Part shown: positions 13,901-25,620 of the stretch, in pieces | Position numbering within the stretch: position 1 is the stretch's first letter | How the letters are laid out: every line of letters starts with the position of its first letter | DNA from: Trichodelitschia bisporula | Lineage: Eukaryota | Reading direction: 5' to 3' | Assembly: GCA_010356995.1 (NCBI GenBank) | Contig: ML996700.1 | Span: 310,001 to 374,000, forward strand | DNA: 64,000 nucleotides | Program-made: the position numbers and the translations under genes | Notes under the pieces: model-generated | What the model was told of the DNA's origin: nothing | What the model saw: only the letters and a program-made list of their open reading frames with translations | The model's database searches: none

Positions 13901-14990
13901 CTACAAGAGAGTGGCGGTAGTGTTGCTAGGAGCTACTTCGATGTACATGTCAATCCCAGGCCAGTTTCCTCCGTTCGCAGAAAATATAACCCTTCACAGT
14001 ACCTGAATGACGGAAGTTCTCAGGCCCCCGCCGGCCTCCGTTAACCTGTACGCGCGCCCCTTCCCTTCATTCCTCAAACCTGAGTTTTGTTGTGATCGCC
14101 TCAGCTGGAAGGAAAAGATGGCCTGCGCGTATCTGCGTCTCTGCCGACTCTGCAAAACTGACCCTCATCCCTAATTTCCCCGACAACGGGTTTAAACTCC
14201 GTAGAATACGCTTTTTGCACGGCTCAACGTCCATAAGTCAGCTCACTGATCAGAGGGCTCGTTCGCTGTTGGGTAGGGGCGTGCGAAACACGCCTGGCTG
14301 GCTGGCTGGCTCAAGCTGGGCTGGTTCGCTTTACCAAACGCAGACGCCGTCGCTGTACCTGGTGCGGTGAAAGGAACGGATCTGGAGTGGATTGCCTTCT
14401 CTCTTACGCTGGTCTTGCAGAGGCAGCTGTGCCCGACTCGCACCTCTGCGCCTTCCTTGGTCGTAGGCATCCTCCCCTCCCTTCCCTTCCAATCCCCTTC
14501 GTCTCTCACCTTACCTCACCGCACCCGTTCCTTCTCATGCCTCAGTCGCTGCTTCCTAGCCGGCCTGCCAGCCTGCCAGCAATTACAAGCAAGAACGCTC
14601 CCACACCAGCGGGATGGGAAGTCACGCCTTCCGCCTCCTCTGAGTGAGGGAATGAGCGGCCGCAGCCTGTCTGTCTTGCACCTGCCTCGCTAATCAATCC
14701 CTTGACCGCTTCCGTCTTGTTAGGCAGTCGCAACTTTGCCCATCCGCCCATCCATCCCTGCCCACACCCACTTTGCTGCAGCGTAGCGCCGGAGACCCAA
14801 GGGTGCACTTTCCGTCCTCAAATGCGCACGCAGAGTGTAGCACTGCGTCATCACGTGCATTCTTCATAACATATTAGTCTCGTGACTTCAATGCTTCCTC
14901 TACTGCCTCATCCCGAATGACGTAAGTACGTCTGTCTACACATACATCGCTGCTCTTCTTTCCCCTTTGATACATCAGGACTCTTCCCGT

Positions 14991-17900
14991 CTAAGATGAA
15001 GAAGACTCTCTCTCATTCCCACCCTTCTTTCCGCCACCATCCTCAGGCGCTGGCGCCGTCGGCACTTCCACCTTCCCCACCGCCCATTCCATCCCGATAT
15101 AACCATCACTCAGCACCCTGACCTCCACAAACCGCTGCTTCAAGCTCGACGGCAGCTTGACAACCGCTCTCGCACTGGGGCCGCTAGCCCTCGTATTCCT
15201 ACCACCACCGTTTGACGACCAGCCCACCCGCTTCAGCGCGATCAACTCATCACTCCCAGCCACCGATGCAACGAGGAAGAACCCCTCAGTCTGCGCCTTG
15301 GGAAACTTGGGCGCATACATCTTCCCATCCCTATTCTCCAGCGCGCGCACCCGCGTTATGCCCACCGTGAATCCCGTTGCCGAAACATCTGTCACTGTGA
15401 CTGTAAGATCCGGCAGCTGCCCCAGGGCGCCGAAGAATCGCCCCCTGCTGGCCTCTGTCACACCAACGGCATTTCCAAGGCGATCCAGTGCGTTCCGCGG
15501 CGCCTTGACTACCTCGTTGAGTGTCCGTAGCCGCTCCTCTGGACCGCTTACCCGCCTCTTCTCGCGCTCCGCGTCTACGCCCGGGAAAATGGCTAGTGGA
15601 CCGTCGTTGGCCCAGCGTGCCGACTTGACGCACTGCATCAGGCCGATCATTCCCCGCACGGCGCTGGTGTACCCCAGCTCGGCGAGCACGTCGATGGCAG
15701 CCTGGCAGACACGGATGCTCTGGTCTAGCACGCTGGTGAGATCGCCGACGTAGTCAGAGATGGGCAGGTCAATGCGCTCGAAATGGGCCTGGAGCAGTAA
15801 GAAGGCCTTGATATGTGGGTCCCACATGGGGAGACCGCCCAGGTCACCGCCGTCAATGGGCAGGTTGCGCGCCAGCTCGATGTTGATAAGATCTTCGTTG
15901 TGGCGCACGGGGAGTTCGTCGAATTCGCTCGCTAGAGAGAGGAAGGCAAGGCAGTCACCGAAGCTGGGGTCTTGCTTTGCTGAACCGAGGAAGTGGCGGA
16001 TGGTCTTATGTGCAAGGTAGTAATAGGACATGATCTTGCCAAAGGCCGTCGGCGTGATGTTGCCTTCTGCGTCCGCATGCATCTCTATGCAGCCCGATTT
16101 CTCCAGTTCCTTGAGGGATGCATCGACGAGGTCGATCATGAAGTCGTTGGCTAGACGTTGCGCTTCCATGGTGTTATGCTCCTCAGCCGAGATCTGCAGG
16201 CCATAGTAGGACGGGTTCTTGTGCAGACGCCGGAAGAAAAAAGTCCATGTAAGATAATCGAGCGCGTCCTGCTGTGTCGTGATAGTCTCGGCTGATATCT
16301 CAGCGCCCAGATGGTTATCGAGCACCTTGTGCAGCGTCGATTCCACCGGAAAGCCCGTGTGCAAGAAGTGCTTATAAAACTCCTTCTTCGCGTCCTGCGT
16401 GAAGATGCGTGCCACGCCAGACGTATCAAACTGTGGCCGGCCAGCGCGACCGAGCATCTGCAGCACATCCGTCAGGTCCATATCCTTATAGGTTTCCGTC
16501 TTCGCATCGAAGAACTGCGTCCCCTTGACGACGACCAGATGCGCCGGCAGGTTCACACCCCACGCCAGCGTCGCCGTTGCCACGAGGATCTGGATCTTGT
16601 TCTCTGCGAACAGCGACTCCGCCAGTTGGCGATCCCGCTCCACAAGACCAGCGTGGTGCAAGCCGATGCCGAAGCTGAGCGCCTCGCGCAGCGCGTCGTC
16701 CTTGACGCGCGCCGTCACCTCCTCCAGCTCTTCCTCCGACATGTGTAGGAAGCGCCGTGGGTTATCCTCCATGCCGCAGAAATTGATCAAGTCGCGGGCC
16801 GTGAGCCGGGTCTGCCGGCGCGAGGCGACAAAGACGATGACCGGCTTATCCGGTGAGTGAGCTTTGATAGCGAGAAAGGTAGGCCGGTTCATGGATTGCA
16901 TGAGGGGGCAAAAACCGCGCACGGCCGGGAAGCCGTCGATGAAGATCTCCAGCGGCACGGGGCGGACCGAGTGGCGGAAGTTGAACAGCGCGGGATCCTT
17001 GACCCCGAGCCAGTTGGCTAGATCGGAGGCATTGGCGCAGGCCGTCGACATGCCGAGCAGCCGGACAGATCCTTTCTTCTGCGACGCTATGTAGTTCATG
17101 CGCGACACGATGATCTCAAGTACGGGCCCGCGGTCGCCGCCCAGCAGGTGGATCTCGTCGATGATCACAAGGCTGACTTGTTGCACGTAGCCGCGCGTCT
17201 GCCAGCTGCGGCTGATGCCATCCCATTTCTCGGGCGTTGTGATGATGACGTCGGCATCGCGGATGGTGCGCGTGTCCGGCGTGTTGTCACCCGTCAGTTC
17301 GACGAGGCGCAAGCCGAGAGGTGCTGTAAGCCGCTTGCCCCAGTCCAGGACGCGCTCGCGGACGAGCGCCTTCATCGGCGCGATGTACACGACCTTCGAG
17401 CCAGGGTGATCGCGGAAAGCCCACCACATGGCCAGTTCTGCGGCGACCGTTTTGCCGCTGCCCGTTGGCGAGCCGAGGAGCACGTTGTTCGAGGTGTGGT
17501 ACATTGTATGGAAGAGTTGGGTCTGCATGGGATTGAAGTACTGGAAGCGTTGGCTGTAGATTTCCTCCAGCCTCGGGTTCTTGAGCGCTGTGATGGGCAG
17601 CGGTTGCAGATTCAGCAGATCCGTGTATACGCTCTCCGTGTCGGGCCGGATAAGATGCTGGAAGGAAACGGGGGTCACCGACTCCGCACCGAGCCATCTG
17701 TCAGAAACAGCGCGGACGTAGATTTGTGAAGGCAGGGGATCCGAAAGAGGGATGGTGAAGTTGAGTTCATGCTCATCGTACAGCTTCCGCCTCGTAAGTA
17801 GGAAGAATTCGTGGTGGTAGATCTCCGCAGTCTCAGAGTTCTCCACCCAGATCCAGTATGACTCGGAAGATCCGTGATGTCGGTCGTTCCAGGCGAAGTC

Positions 17901-20900
17901 AGAGGTGATGAAGAGCTGGATACGGAGCACATCACGATTGAGCGGAGCAATTTCAGCCTCGATGGTCAAAGTGGGAAAGTTGCCGACTAAACGGCTGATA
18001 ACGCCCCCCATTTTGTGGTTATGCACCAGCTGGCCAATCTCCGCGGAATCCATCTCCTTAAGCGACTCGATCGCAGTCGCAGGATATTTCTGGTCGAGGT
18101 TATTGAGTATTGGTTGAGGGAGGTCGAATTGGCGCAGTGGGTGTTGAAACGGCCACAGCTGCTTCTCAATAGCCTTGCACATTGAAAGCAACACTACGCA
18201 TTGCAGTCCCCAACGACGGTTGAGTGCGATCATGAAGACAGCTCGACAAATACGCGCGGCGTTCTGAGCGACGTAATGTGTGTCGGATACCAAAGTGTAG
18301 TCTTCGAGCCTCGCCCGTGAGATGTAAGCTTGCAGCAAGATGTTCGTCTTCGCCTGGGGATTGGAGATGTCCTTGGTTCCAATATCAGCGACAACTATAT
18401 CGTCGTTTTGCTTGAGCTGAAGCAGCTCCTTGAACTCGCTCTCTCGAAACGTGATGTTGTCGAACTCCCCGCTCATGCTCAGCATTTTTAGAATGTCGGC
18501 TTCAGTCGCGTCGGGCTTCATCTTTTCGTTGAAAATCTCGATGCTGGTATGTAAGATGTAGTATTGGCTGGCAATGCGGCCAATATCCTTCGCACGGAGG
18601 TCCTCCGTCGTCTCATTGAAGATGACCATCTGGTTCTTCTGGAGCACCCTGGCGGCATCGACAACAAGCTTTCGCCGCCTTTGGGTGAGTTCCGGGTCGT
18701 TGTATCTCTCGACTTCATCTATACCATACCAACGGCAATTGTTTTTCATCCGGATGAAGAGGTAAGTGTACCCCAACCATTGCACAGCTTCCGTGACAGA
18801 AGTGACAGTCCCAAGCGAGATTTCGGCGTTGAGGTTATCCACCATTTTCTTCGAAAAGTTAGACTCGATAGGCACCTGCTGCGTGACGGCTGTGAGGTAG
18901 TGTTGAATCTTGTCTTGAGTGGTGCAAATGTAGCCGACACCCGCATCTTGAAACTGCGGTCGACCCGCACGACCAAAGATCTGCAGGACGTCGAGGATGC
19001 CCAGGTCAATGAACTTGCCAGCATCAGCGCTGTATAGCTGTGTTCCCTTGATGACCACGGCCGCTGCCGGCAGATTCACACCCCAGGCGAGCGTTGCTGT
19101 ACAACAAAGTACTTTAAGAACACCTTCTCCGAAGAGACGCTCAATCAGGTTGCGGTCTGTCCGCGGCATGCCAGCGTGATGTGTGCCCATACCCTTGGGA
19201 AGGATTTCGCGCAGCTCGCGAGAGCGTGAACTCCTCATGTCCCGCATCGCCATTTCGTAGCCCTCGTGGCCGGTTGGATCGAAGAGATCCGTCTCCATGT
19301 TCTCCATAGCCTTCTCATAAAGCATCTGAGCCGTCTTCAGGGTGTCCTTTCTCGAGTGCACAAACACCATTACCTGCTTCCCTTGGCGAAGCATGTCGAC
19401 CACTTTTTCGTATGCTGCCTGATCCAAGTTATCGCGCGACGTCTTGGAGCCCGCCTTGCCCTTGACACCGATGAAATGCTGTTCTAGTGGAACTGGGCGG
19501 AAGGAAGCGTCAAAATAGAAGAGACCCGCCATGCGGTTGACCCTGAGAAAGTCGGATACATCGATGTAGTTGGGCAACGTAGCCGAAAGACCGACGATGC
19601 GGATGAGTGACTGGGTGCTCTCGACCTGCCGCACAGTGCGAGCTACCAACGATTCTAGGACAGCACCGCGCTCATCGTGCAACATGTGGACTTCGTCGAT
19701 GATGAGCAGGCGAACTTTCTGAACGAGCTCCGTGTCTCCCGTGCTCTTTCTTGTCACCACGTCCCACTTCTCCGGCGTTGTGACGATGATTTGAGTCTGC
19801 ACGATTTCGGCCTTTGTCAAGTGCATATCGCCCGTCAGCTCGCGCACCTGGACTCCCAGCCACCGCAACCGCTTCCCTAACTTTTCCGTGATTTCGGCTG
19901 CGAGGGCCTTCATGGGTGCAACGTAAACAATTTTGAAATCGTCCGTCCTGACGACAAAGTCCTTAGCGTCGGGCTCGGCTAACGGGTTGGGGATGGTATT
20001 TCTGGCAACGATGCTCAGAATGGCAAGCATTGCCGCGTCCGTTTTACCAGCACCGGTCGGGGCGCAGATGAGCATGTTCTCGCTCGTCTTGTACGCAACT
20101 GGGTACACCAGGCTCTGCATGCGATTGAGAGCCGTATATCCCTTGAAGGTGCCGCGGCACATGCCGTCCATTTCGCTGATCTCGACCAGCTTTTGTCCTG
20201 TGGCAAGGGTGCCAACTTTGGCGGCAGGAATGGTATACTCCTCATACTTCTCACGCTCCTCTCTGAAGCTTCCGACCGGCAAAGCGTACTTCTGGCCGGA
20301 CGTGGAGAGAACAAGGCCCGCTCCGTGGGCCTGGTAGACGTGTGGGTACTGAGCCGATCCTCGTTCAACGTGAGCAGCAAGCGGCGCAGTCTTGTGCTCC
20401 CGGTCAGCCCGGCGAAGTGCTTCCTCCCGCTCCTTCTTCGTCTGAAGACGGCCGAACAAGCCGTCGACTGCGGTCAGCTTGCTAGGCGGAGGACGAAGCA
20501 GCTCTTGTCGGTGACCGATGACCTCGGCAACGAGATCAAGCTCGTCGTACCCGAATATGTCGACCAGCGTCATTTGCAGCTCGTCATCGCTGCGACTAGA
20601 CTTCAGGACGGCCTCCACTTGCTCAAGGAGCATGTTGGCTTCGAAGCCTGAGCCGTTCTTGGAGATAACATGGCATTTCGCCTTGAGCCACTCGCTGTCG
20701 TAGCCCGGAGCATAGCCGGACGATACAGTGGCGGAATCCGTAGGGTCTGGCGTGTGCTCGTCTTCAGAGACGTCGCTGAGAAGATCCCAGATGTCCTCGT
20801 CCGGGGAGTCGGAACGAAGGTCATCGTTGTCCAAATCGATATCTTTGCCATACTCGTATTCAGCGGCACCATCTTTTGGCAGCTGGAGTTCAGCAATAGC

Positions 20901-20963
20901 TGCACGCATAGCAGCGAGCTGAGAGAGCCATGTCGATTCGGCCATGTTTAGCGATGAGGACAT
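14991..20963 (-). CDS. SLH1: Ski2-like helicase SLH1/Rqt2 (ASCC3 orthologue; two DExH helicase plus Sec63 cassettes), single exon, 1990 aa
   Basis: Two cassettes: APTGAGKT/DEVH/HHAGM/GRAGRPQF and SPTGSGKT/DEIH/HHAGL/GRAGRPQFD. Sec63-like regions (ELPVRHNED). The N-terminus is unlike Brr2. Confidence 0.93.
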   Translation of the reverse strand: MSSSLNMAESTWLSQLAAMRAAIAELQLPKDGAAEYEYGKDIDLDNDDLRSDSPDEDIWDLLSDVSEDEHTPDPTDSATVSSGYAPGYDSEWLKAKCHVISKNGSGFEANMLLEQVEAVLKSSRSDDELQMTLVDIFGYDELDLVAEVIGHRQELLRPPPSKLTAVDGLFGRLQTKKEREEALRRADREHKTAPLAAHVERGSAQYPHVYQAHGAGLVLSTSGQKYALPVGSFREEREKYEEYTIPAAKVGTLATGQKLVEISEMDGMCRGTFKGYTALNRMQSLVYPVAYKTSENMLICAPTGAGKTDAAMLAILSIVARNTIPNPLAEPDAKDFVVRTDDFKIVYVAPMKALAAEITEKLGKRLRWLGVQVRELTGDMHLTKAEIVQTQIIVTTPEKWDVVTRKSTGDTELVQKVRLLIIDEVHMLHDERGAVLESLVARTVRQVESTQSLIRIVGLSATLPNYIDVSDFLRVNRMAGLFYFDASFRPVPLEQHFIGVKGKAGSKTSRDNLDQAAYEKVVDMLRQGKQVMVFVHSRKDTLKTAQMLYEKAMENMETDLFDPTGHEGYEMAMRDMRSSRSRELREILPKGMGTHHAGMPRTDRNLIERLFGEGVLKVLCCTATLAWGVNLPAAAVVIKGTQLYSADAGKFIDLGILDVLQIFGRAGRPQFQDAGVGYICTTQDKIQHYLTAVTQQVPIESNFSKKMVDNLNAEISLGTVTSVTEAVQWLGYTYLFIRMKNNCRWYGIDEVERYNDPELTQRRRKLVVDAARVLQKNQMVIFNETTEDLRAKDIGRIASQYYILHTSIEIFNEKMKPDATEADILKMLSMSGEFDNITFRESEFKELLQLKQNDDIVVADIGTKDISNPQAKTNILLQAYISRARLEDYTLVSDTHYVAQNAARICRAVFMIALNRRWGLQCVVLLSMCKAIEKQLWPFQHPLRQFDLPQPILNNLDQKYPATAIESLKEMDSAEIGQLVHNHKMGGVISRLVGNFPTLTIEAEIAPLNRDVLRIQLFITSDFAWNDRHHGSSESYWIWVENSETAEIYHHEFFLLTRRKLYDEHELNFTIPLSDPLPSQIYVRAVSDRWLGAESVTPVSFQHLIRPDTESVYTDLLNLQPLPITALKNPRLEEIYSQRFQYFNPMQTQLFHTMYHTSNNVLLGSPTGSGKTVAAELAMWWAFRDHPGSKVVYIAPMKALVRERVLDWGKRLTAPLGLRLVELTGDNTPDTRTIRDADVIITTPEKWDGISRSWQTRGYVQQVSLVIIDEIHLLGGDRGPVLEIIVSRMNYIASQKKGSVRLLGMSTACANASDLANWLGVKDPALFNFRHSVRPVPLEIFIDGFPAVRGFCPLMQSMNRPTFLAIKAHSPDKPVIVFVASRRQTRLTARDLINFCGMEDNPRRFLHMSEEELEEVTARVKDDALREALSFGIGLHHAGLVERDRQLAESLFAENKIQILVATATLAWGVNLPAHLVVVKGTQFFDAKTETYKDMDLTDVLQMLGRAGRPQFDTSGVARIFTQDAKKEFYKHFLHTGFPVESTLHKVLDNHLGAEISAETITTQQDALDYLTWTFFFRRLHKNPSYYGLQISAEEHNTMEAQRLANDFMIDLVDASLKELEKSGCIEMHADAEGNITPTAFGKIMSYYYLAHKTIRHFLGSAKQDPSFGDCLAFLSLASEFDELPVRHNEDLINIELARNLPIDGGDLGGLPMWDPHIKAFLLLQAHFERIDLPISDYVGDLTSVLDQSIRVCQAAIDVLAELGYTSAVRGMIGLMQCVKSARWANDGPLAIFPGVDAEREKRRVSGPEERLRTLNEVVKAPRNALDRLGNAVGVTEASRGRFFGALGQLPDLTVTVTDVSATGFTVGITRVRALENRDGKMYAPKFPKAQTEGFFLVASVAGSDELIALKRVGWSSNGGGRNTRASGPSARAVVKLPSSLKQRFVEVRVLSDGYIGMEWAVGKVEVPTAPAPEDGGGKKGGNERESSSS

Positions 20964-21566
20964 GATGTTTGGCGATATTTATTCTTTGTATGTTTGACAG
21001 CTCCGAGGTTGAGGTGCAGCATTGGCGATTTGCAGATTACGGCGATGCAGGTGGCCCTATGTAGACACCGCCCGGTGATTACGGTTACGGTACCTTTCGC
21101 CTAGGCCGTTAGTCACCCGCGATATCATCAGAGGTAGTCCTTGAGCAGTCACTCTGATGTCTTGCCTTACAGATGGCAGTTCGGCTGGAGTTGAGAAGAA
21201 ATGCTCGACCGAGGACTCACCTTGAGAGAAACAGGCGTCCACCCCGCCGTTGTGGCGCACCCACCATGCAGCGCCACAATATCTCTTGTTCTTTTTCCTC
21301 AACTCCATCTCTACCTCCGTTGCCAGCATTAACGCCCACATCGCACAAGTCTTCCCTTCAGATGGATATTGTGTTAGGGAGCTATAAATCCTCGGTTCTT
21401 GTGCAGACCTAAGAGACCTAGCTACGGATGTAATGACGGTATAAAGCGTAGACGCTACTTGAACGCTATGGGATATCATAATACAAAGAAAAACATCGGC
21501 TTCGACATGCGCTCGTCCGTCGAGTACAAGGTCCAAAATGAGGGCTGCTTTCAGTCCAGTCATCAC

Positions 21567-23854
21567 CTACGCCTCCATCTCCCACTCCCCTTGGAAGACC
21601 TTCCTCTCCTGACCGGCCACAGGCAGGATATTGATGTCCCAGTTCTCATCCTCACCAGCAACGCGTTCCATGATGCACCGATTCCGCTCCGCAACCTCCC
21701 AGCTCACACCCCGCGATCCATGCACATCGAGAATATGCTCCATCAACGCAGCGACGCCCCCGAATATCCCCGTCCCCCGCCCCTCTCCCGTACAAAACGT
21801 ACACCCAAATGCACCATCCTCAGGCCCCCTCGCCAGTCCCGCCATCGAAGCCCGCTGTCCCGGCCCAGCCAGACTCTGTGATCCCTCACTACTGGTGCTG
21901 CTCCTGCTCAGCGGCCCACCGAACCCAAGTCCCGCACCCGCCATTCCACCACCCCCCGTGCTCATGGTTCCCGTCGCCGCCCCCGTCTTCCGCTTCACAT
22001 GGCTCTTAGCCAGAAACGCCCACCGGAACCGCACCACGCCGTTGCCAGAAGCCGCCTCGAACACCCGCACCCGTTGATCAAAGCCTACCCTGCTCTCTCG
22101 CTTCGTCCGTCCGAACAGCCCCTTCTTCTCGCCTGGCTTCGGCGCCGTTGCTACGGCCACGCCCTCAAAGGCGCACTGCCGACACCGCCATACTTGCCGG
22201 CTGGAGTACAGTCCTGCGGGTACCGTGTGCAGCTGCACGGCTTTGGTGAACTCTTCGCGGGCGTCCCACGCTCCGCGGCAGAAGCCCCAGTAGTTGTTTT
22301 CCTTGGATGGGCGTCCGAGAAGTAGGTGTGGAGCAGCGACGAGCGGTGGCGCGGCCTGGGAGGTGGTGTGGAGGTGGGGAGCGAGTGCTGGGTGCTGTGA
22401 GGGCGAGGGCGGTGCAGCGGTGAGACTCCATCTCTGGTACGAGGAATCCGCTGTGGGCGAGGGGAGCGTTGAAGGCACGGAGGCAGAGGAGACGGGGGAG
22501 TGCGGGGCCGTGAGGTGCATGCTCGGTACGGGGGAGAGGTGCGCGGGTAAGAGGGTGAGATTGAGTCGTGCGAGCGGCGAGGTGGTTTCTTCGTCGATGC
22601 TGCAGACGGGGATTTTGTCTGAGTAGTCGCTTGCGGACGACTGGCTCAGCGTGCTACGGTCCGAGGTGGAGGTGTGGCGCGAGAAGGTCGTGGCACTGGA
22701 GCTGGTGGGTGAAGTAGGTGCTGCACTGAAAGGCTGTCTGGCGTCTGGCCAGTAGGGTCCTGGGACCGGTGCGCTGATACGGTGATCCATTGGGGTGAGG
22801 GTTGGGGTTGGAGGTGCGGATCGAGGGGAGGTAGGGGCGGTGGAGGTGCTGAGGGTGCGACGTGGGGGTTGTGTGTGGCGGAGGGAGAGGAATCTGGCTA
22901 CTGGGCTTTGCGGGGGAGATGCCTGCGATTGCGGTTGTTCGACTGGTGCCGGTGTGGGTCCGGTGGTGAATGGGTCGGGTGCAGAGTAGGCGGAGAGATA
23001 GGTGCGAAGGGATTCGAGGGAGGGACGGCGGGTGGTCGGGGCTAAGTACTGGTGGGTGTGATGGTATGCGGTGGGTGCGGGGGCGGGGCAAGGCTGCTGC
23101 TGGTGGGAATGATGATAGGAATGCTGGTGGGCGTGCTGCTGTTGATACTGTGATTGGCAGTGGTGGAGGTGATGGTGGAGGTGGGAATGCTGCGACTGCG
23201 GCGAGTGGGGGTTGAGGGTGGGAGAGAGGGGAGCAGGAGAGAGAGTCGGAGAGGGAATCGCGGGGCTAGCATTCTCGCACCAAGCGCCAGCCACAAGGCG
23301 GCCACGCAGTCCGTCCAAGGCTGAAATGGTGTCGCGCCGACTGATCAAAGCGTCTTCCTGCAGCCGCGCCCAGTCCAGGCGGGCAGCATCGTGTTGCAGT
23401 GCGATTTGGAGGCTGCGCACGAGTTCTGACTGGAGTAGGATGGCGAGGCGGAGGAGGGTATTGCGTGCGATATCTGTGTCTCGTTATAAGAGCCCGTTCT
23501 TTAACCACGCAGCTATCGCGGACGATTCAACATACCGTCCCCGACCTGGAACTTAGTGCCCAGCTCGGCGTAGTGTGCGGCATAGCGCTGCGAGATGTGC
23601 AGCTCGCTGGCGGCGAGGCTGTCTTGCAACAGCTTTTCCTTGACGGTCTGTTCGGCCTTTGTGCACGCGACGGTTGGGGTGCCGGCGGTGGATGCGGATG
23701 TGGAGGCGGATGTGGAGATGGAGGCGCTGCGCCAGCGACTGGGCGCATGGTGTCGGCGCCGCAGTTGGCTTACGAGGTCGGCGGCGGCATGGAAGGCTGA
23801 CACGACGGCCGATACGGCGGCCGCGAGTTGAAGTGGAGGGGCGGAGTCTGCCAT
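21567..23854 (-). CDS. Hypothetical protein: helical N-terminus, long P/S/H/Q low-complexity middle, Cys/His-rich C-terminal domain; 2 exons
   Basis: ATG 23854. Intron 23474-23535 joins KFQVGD/DIARNTLL in frame with ORF 21567-23420. C-terminal motifs NNYWGFCRGAW, WRCRQCAF, RWAFLAKSHV and FGCTFC...LMEHILDVH. Confidence 0.8.
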
Positions 23855-25620
23855 GGCTTCTTGACTACTGGAGATAAAAGGCGCCTTGCGAGAGGGAGGG
23901 GGAGAGGGGAGAGAGGGTGCTGAGGTTATTGGAGTGAGGTGTTCATGATGTGTGTTGGAGTAGGAGGGTAGTTAGAGTACGAGTACAGTAGACGGGGGAG
24001 AGATGAAGGCCAGATCAAATGGACCCGGAGCTTTGGGGAATGCGGAGTCAAGACGGTTGTAAGAGGCAGGACGGTTGCAAGGTATAAGGGGTGTTATATC
24101 ACCAGCATCAGCTTCTTCCAGCACAACGTCAGAGAAAGCGAGAGCAGCGGTCGGCAATGGCCATGCCAGGCGGCCAGCAGCTGTGGCAGCTGTGGCATCA
24201 TGTATCACGGATCTAAGCCATGCATGTCCCGTCAGCCTCTCTCCGCCTTCTCCGCCTCCCCGTCTCTCTTCCTCTCTTCCTCTCTTCCATTTCCTCTGCC
24301 TCTTCCTCTTCCTCTTCCTCTCCTTCTCATTGTTCTCCTCATTTCCCCCAGCTCAACCAACACCCAACAACCCGGTCCCCCCCACATCATGGACAGTTAC
24401 GTTGCAAGGCTGCGGTGGCTACACGGCCGGCACCCGTAACACGGCAGCAACCCTTGAGAGGATCCAGCACAGCCCACGAACAGCGAAGCACCGCCCATGC
24501 CGCTATATCAACTGCGCTATCATACGTCCACTCACCTCCTTCCTCTCTGCCATGCGCCGACGCTGCGTGTTTGCATGCCTCCAAGCGAGATAATCGCCAC
24601 ACACCTCCAAATATAAACGAGCAGCGGTCCAAAACAAGCAGACGATAAAACAAACGGTGTGCACCCTCCCGCCCTTTCTCCTCAAACAGCTCCTCTCTCC
24701 TCTCCCCCTCCCCGCATTGCAAAACCCCCCTCCCCCCCACCCACCCACTCCGCAGCCCCCAAAAAACAAACGCAGGCAACCGCCACTTCCCATCCCCAGT
24801 GCACCCATCTACCAACCCTACCCTCGGCCATCCGTCCGTCCGTCCACCCCGCCTTCCCACAGCGCGGAAGCACGCGCCCGCGACAAAGGAAAAAAGCCGT
24901 TACACGCGGACGCGGGGTGCGAAATGGCGGCTGCGGCGTGCCGCTGCCGATATGCGGCTGGAGAAGAGGTCTACGTTATGCAAGGCCCTTGGAACCATCG
25001 GTCGGCCTGCTGGGGGGGTATATGCTTACTGACCACGCTTTTTCCCTGCATATGTTTGGGCTGAACCGTTTTTCCGACGCATGTCGCCCCTACGCCCAAG
25101 AGGGCAGGCGGGCGGACTTGCCCGTTTTGCGCGGTGCCATGGGCGCTGTAGTCGTGATTGTCTCGGGTTCACCGCACAGGTAAGTGGGCCAGGTGCGGCT
25201 GGCAAAGTGAGATGCCCAAACGGGCCCGGGAGATCCAACTTCCCACCAGGGAAAAGGCTGGATTTTCCATGACCGAATGCCAGCCCTTGTGCAGCTCAAG
25301 TGTTCAGGCACCAAAATGCATTTATGAACTTCCCTAATACGCCAACAAGTCCTGCTTACATACACGCTGCCCTGCCTTTGGATATCAGATAGAGATCAAG
25401 AAACGTCTATGAACATTTCCCACGTGAATTAGGAAGAATCCACGACGCCCCAAGCACAAGAAAAATTCGGATACCTGCCCCGTGAGTAACGCACAAGAGA
25501 AGGGAAAGCCCAGTGACGGGTATCTTGTAGAGAGAAGAGATCGTCATGACACAATCCCCAACCATCTTCATTTCCATCTCTCGTCCCTTCCCGCCCAAGT
25601 CCATCGTCAATCGTAAGACC

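Noticed and set aside
15157..20951. Many plus-strand ORFs overlapping SLH1
   Set aside because: Antisense shadows caused by high GC at third codon positions in a long CDS.
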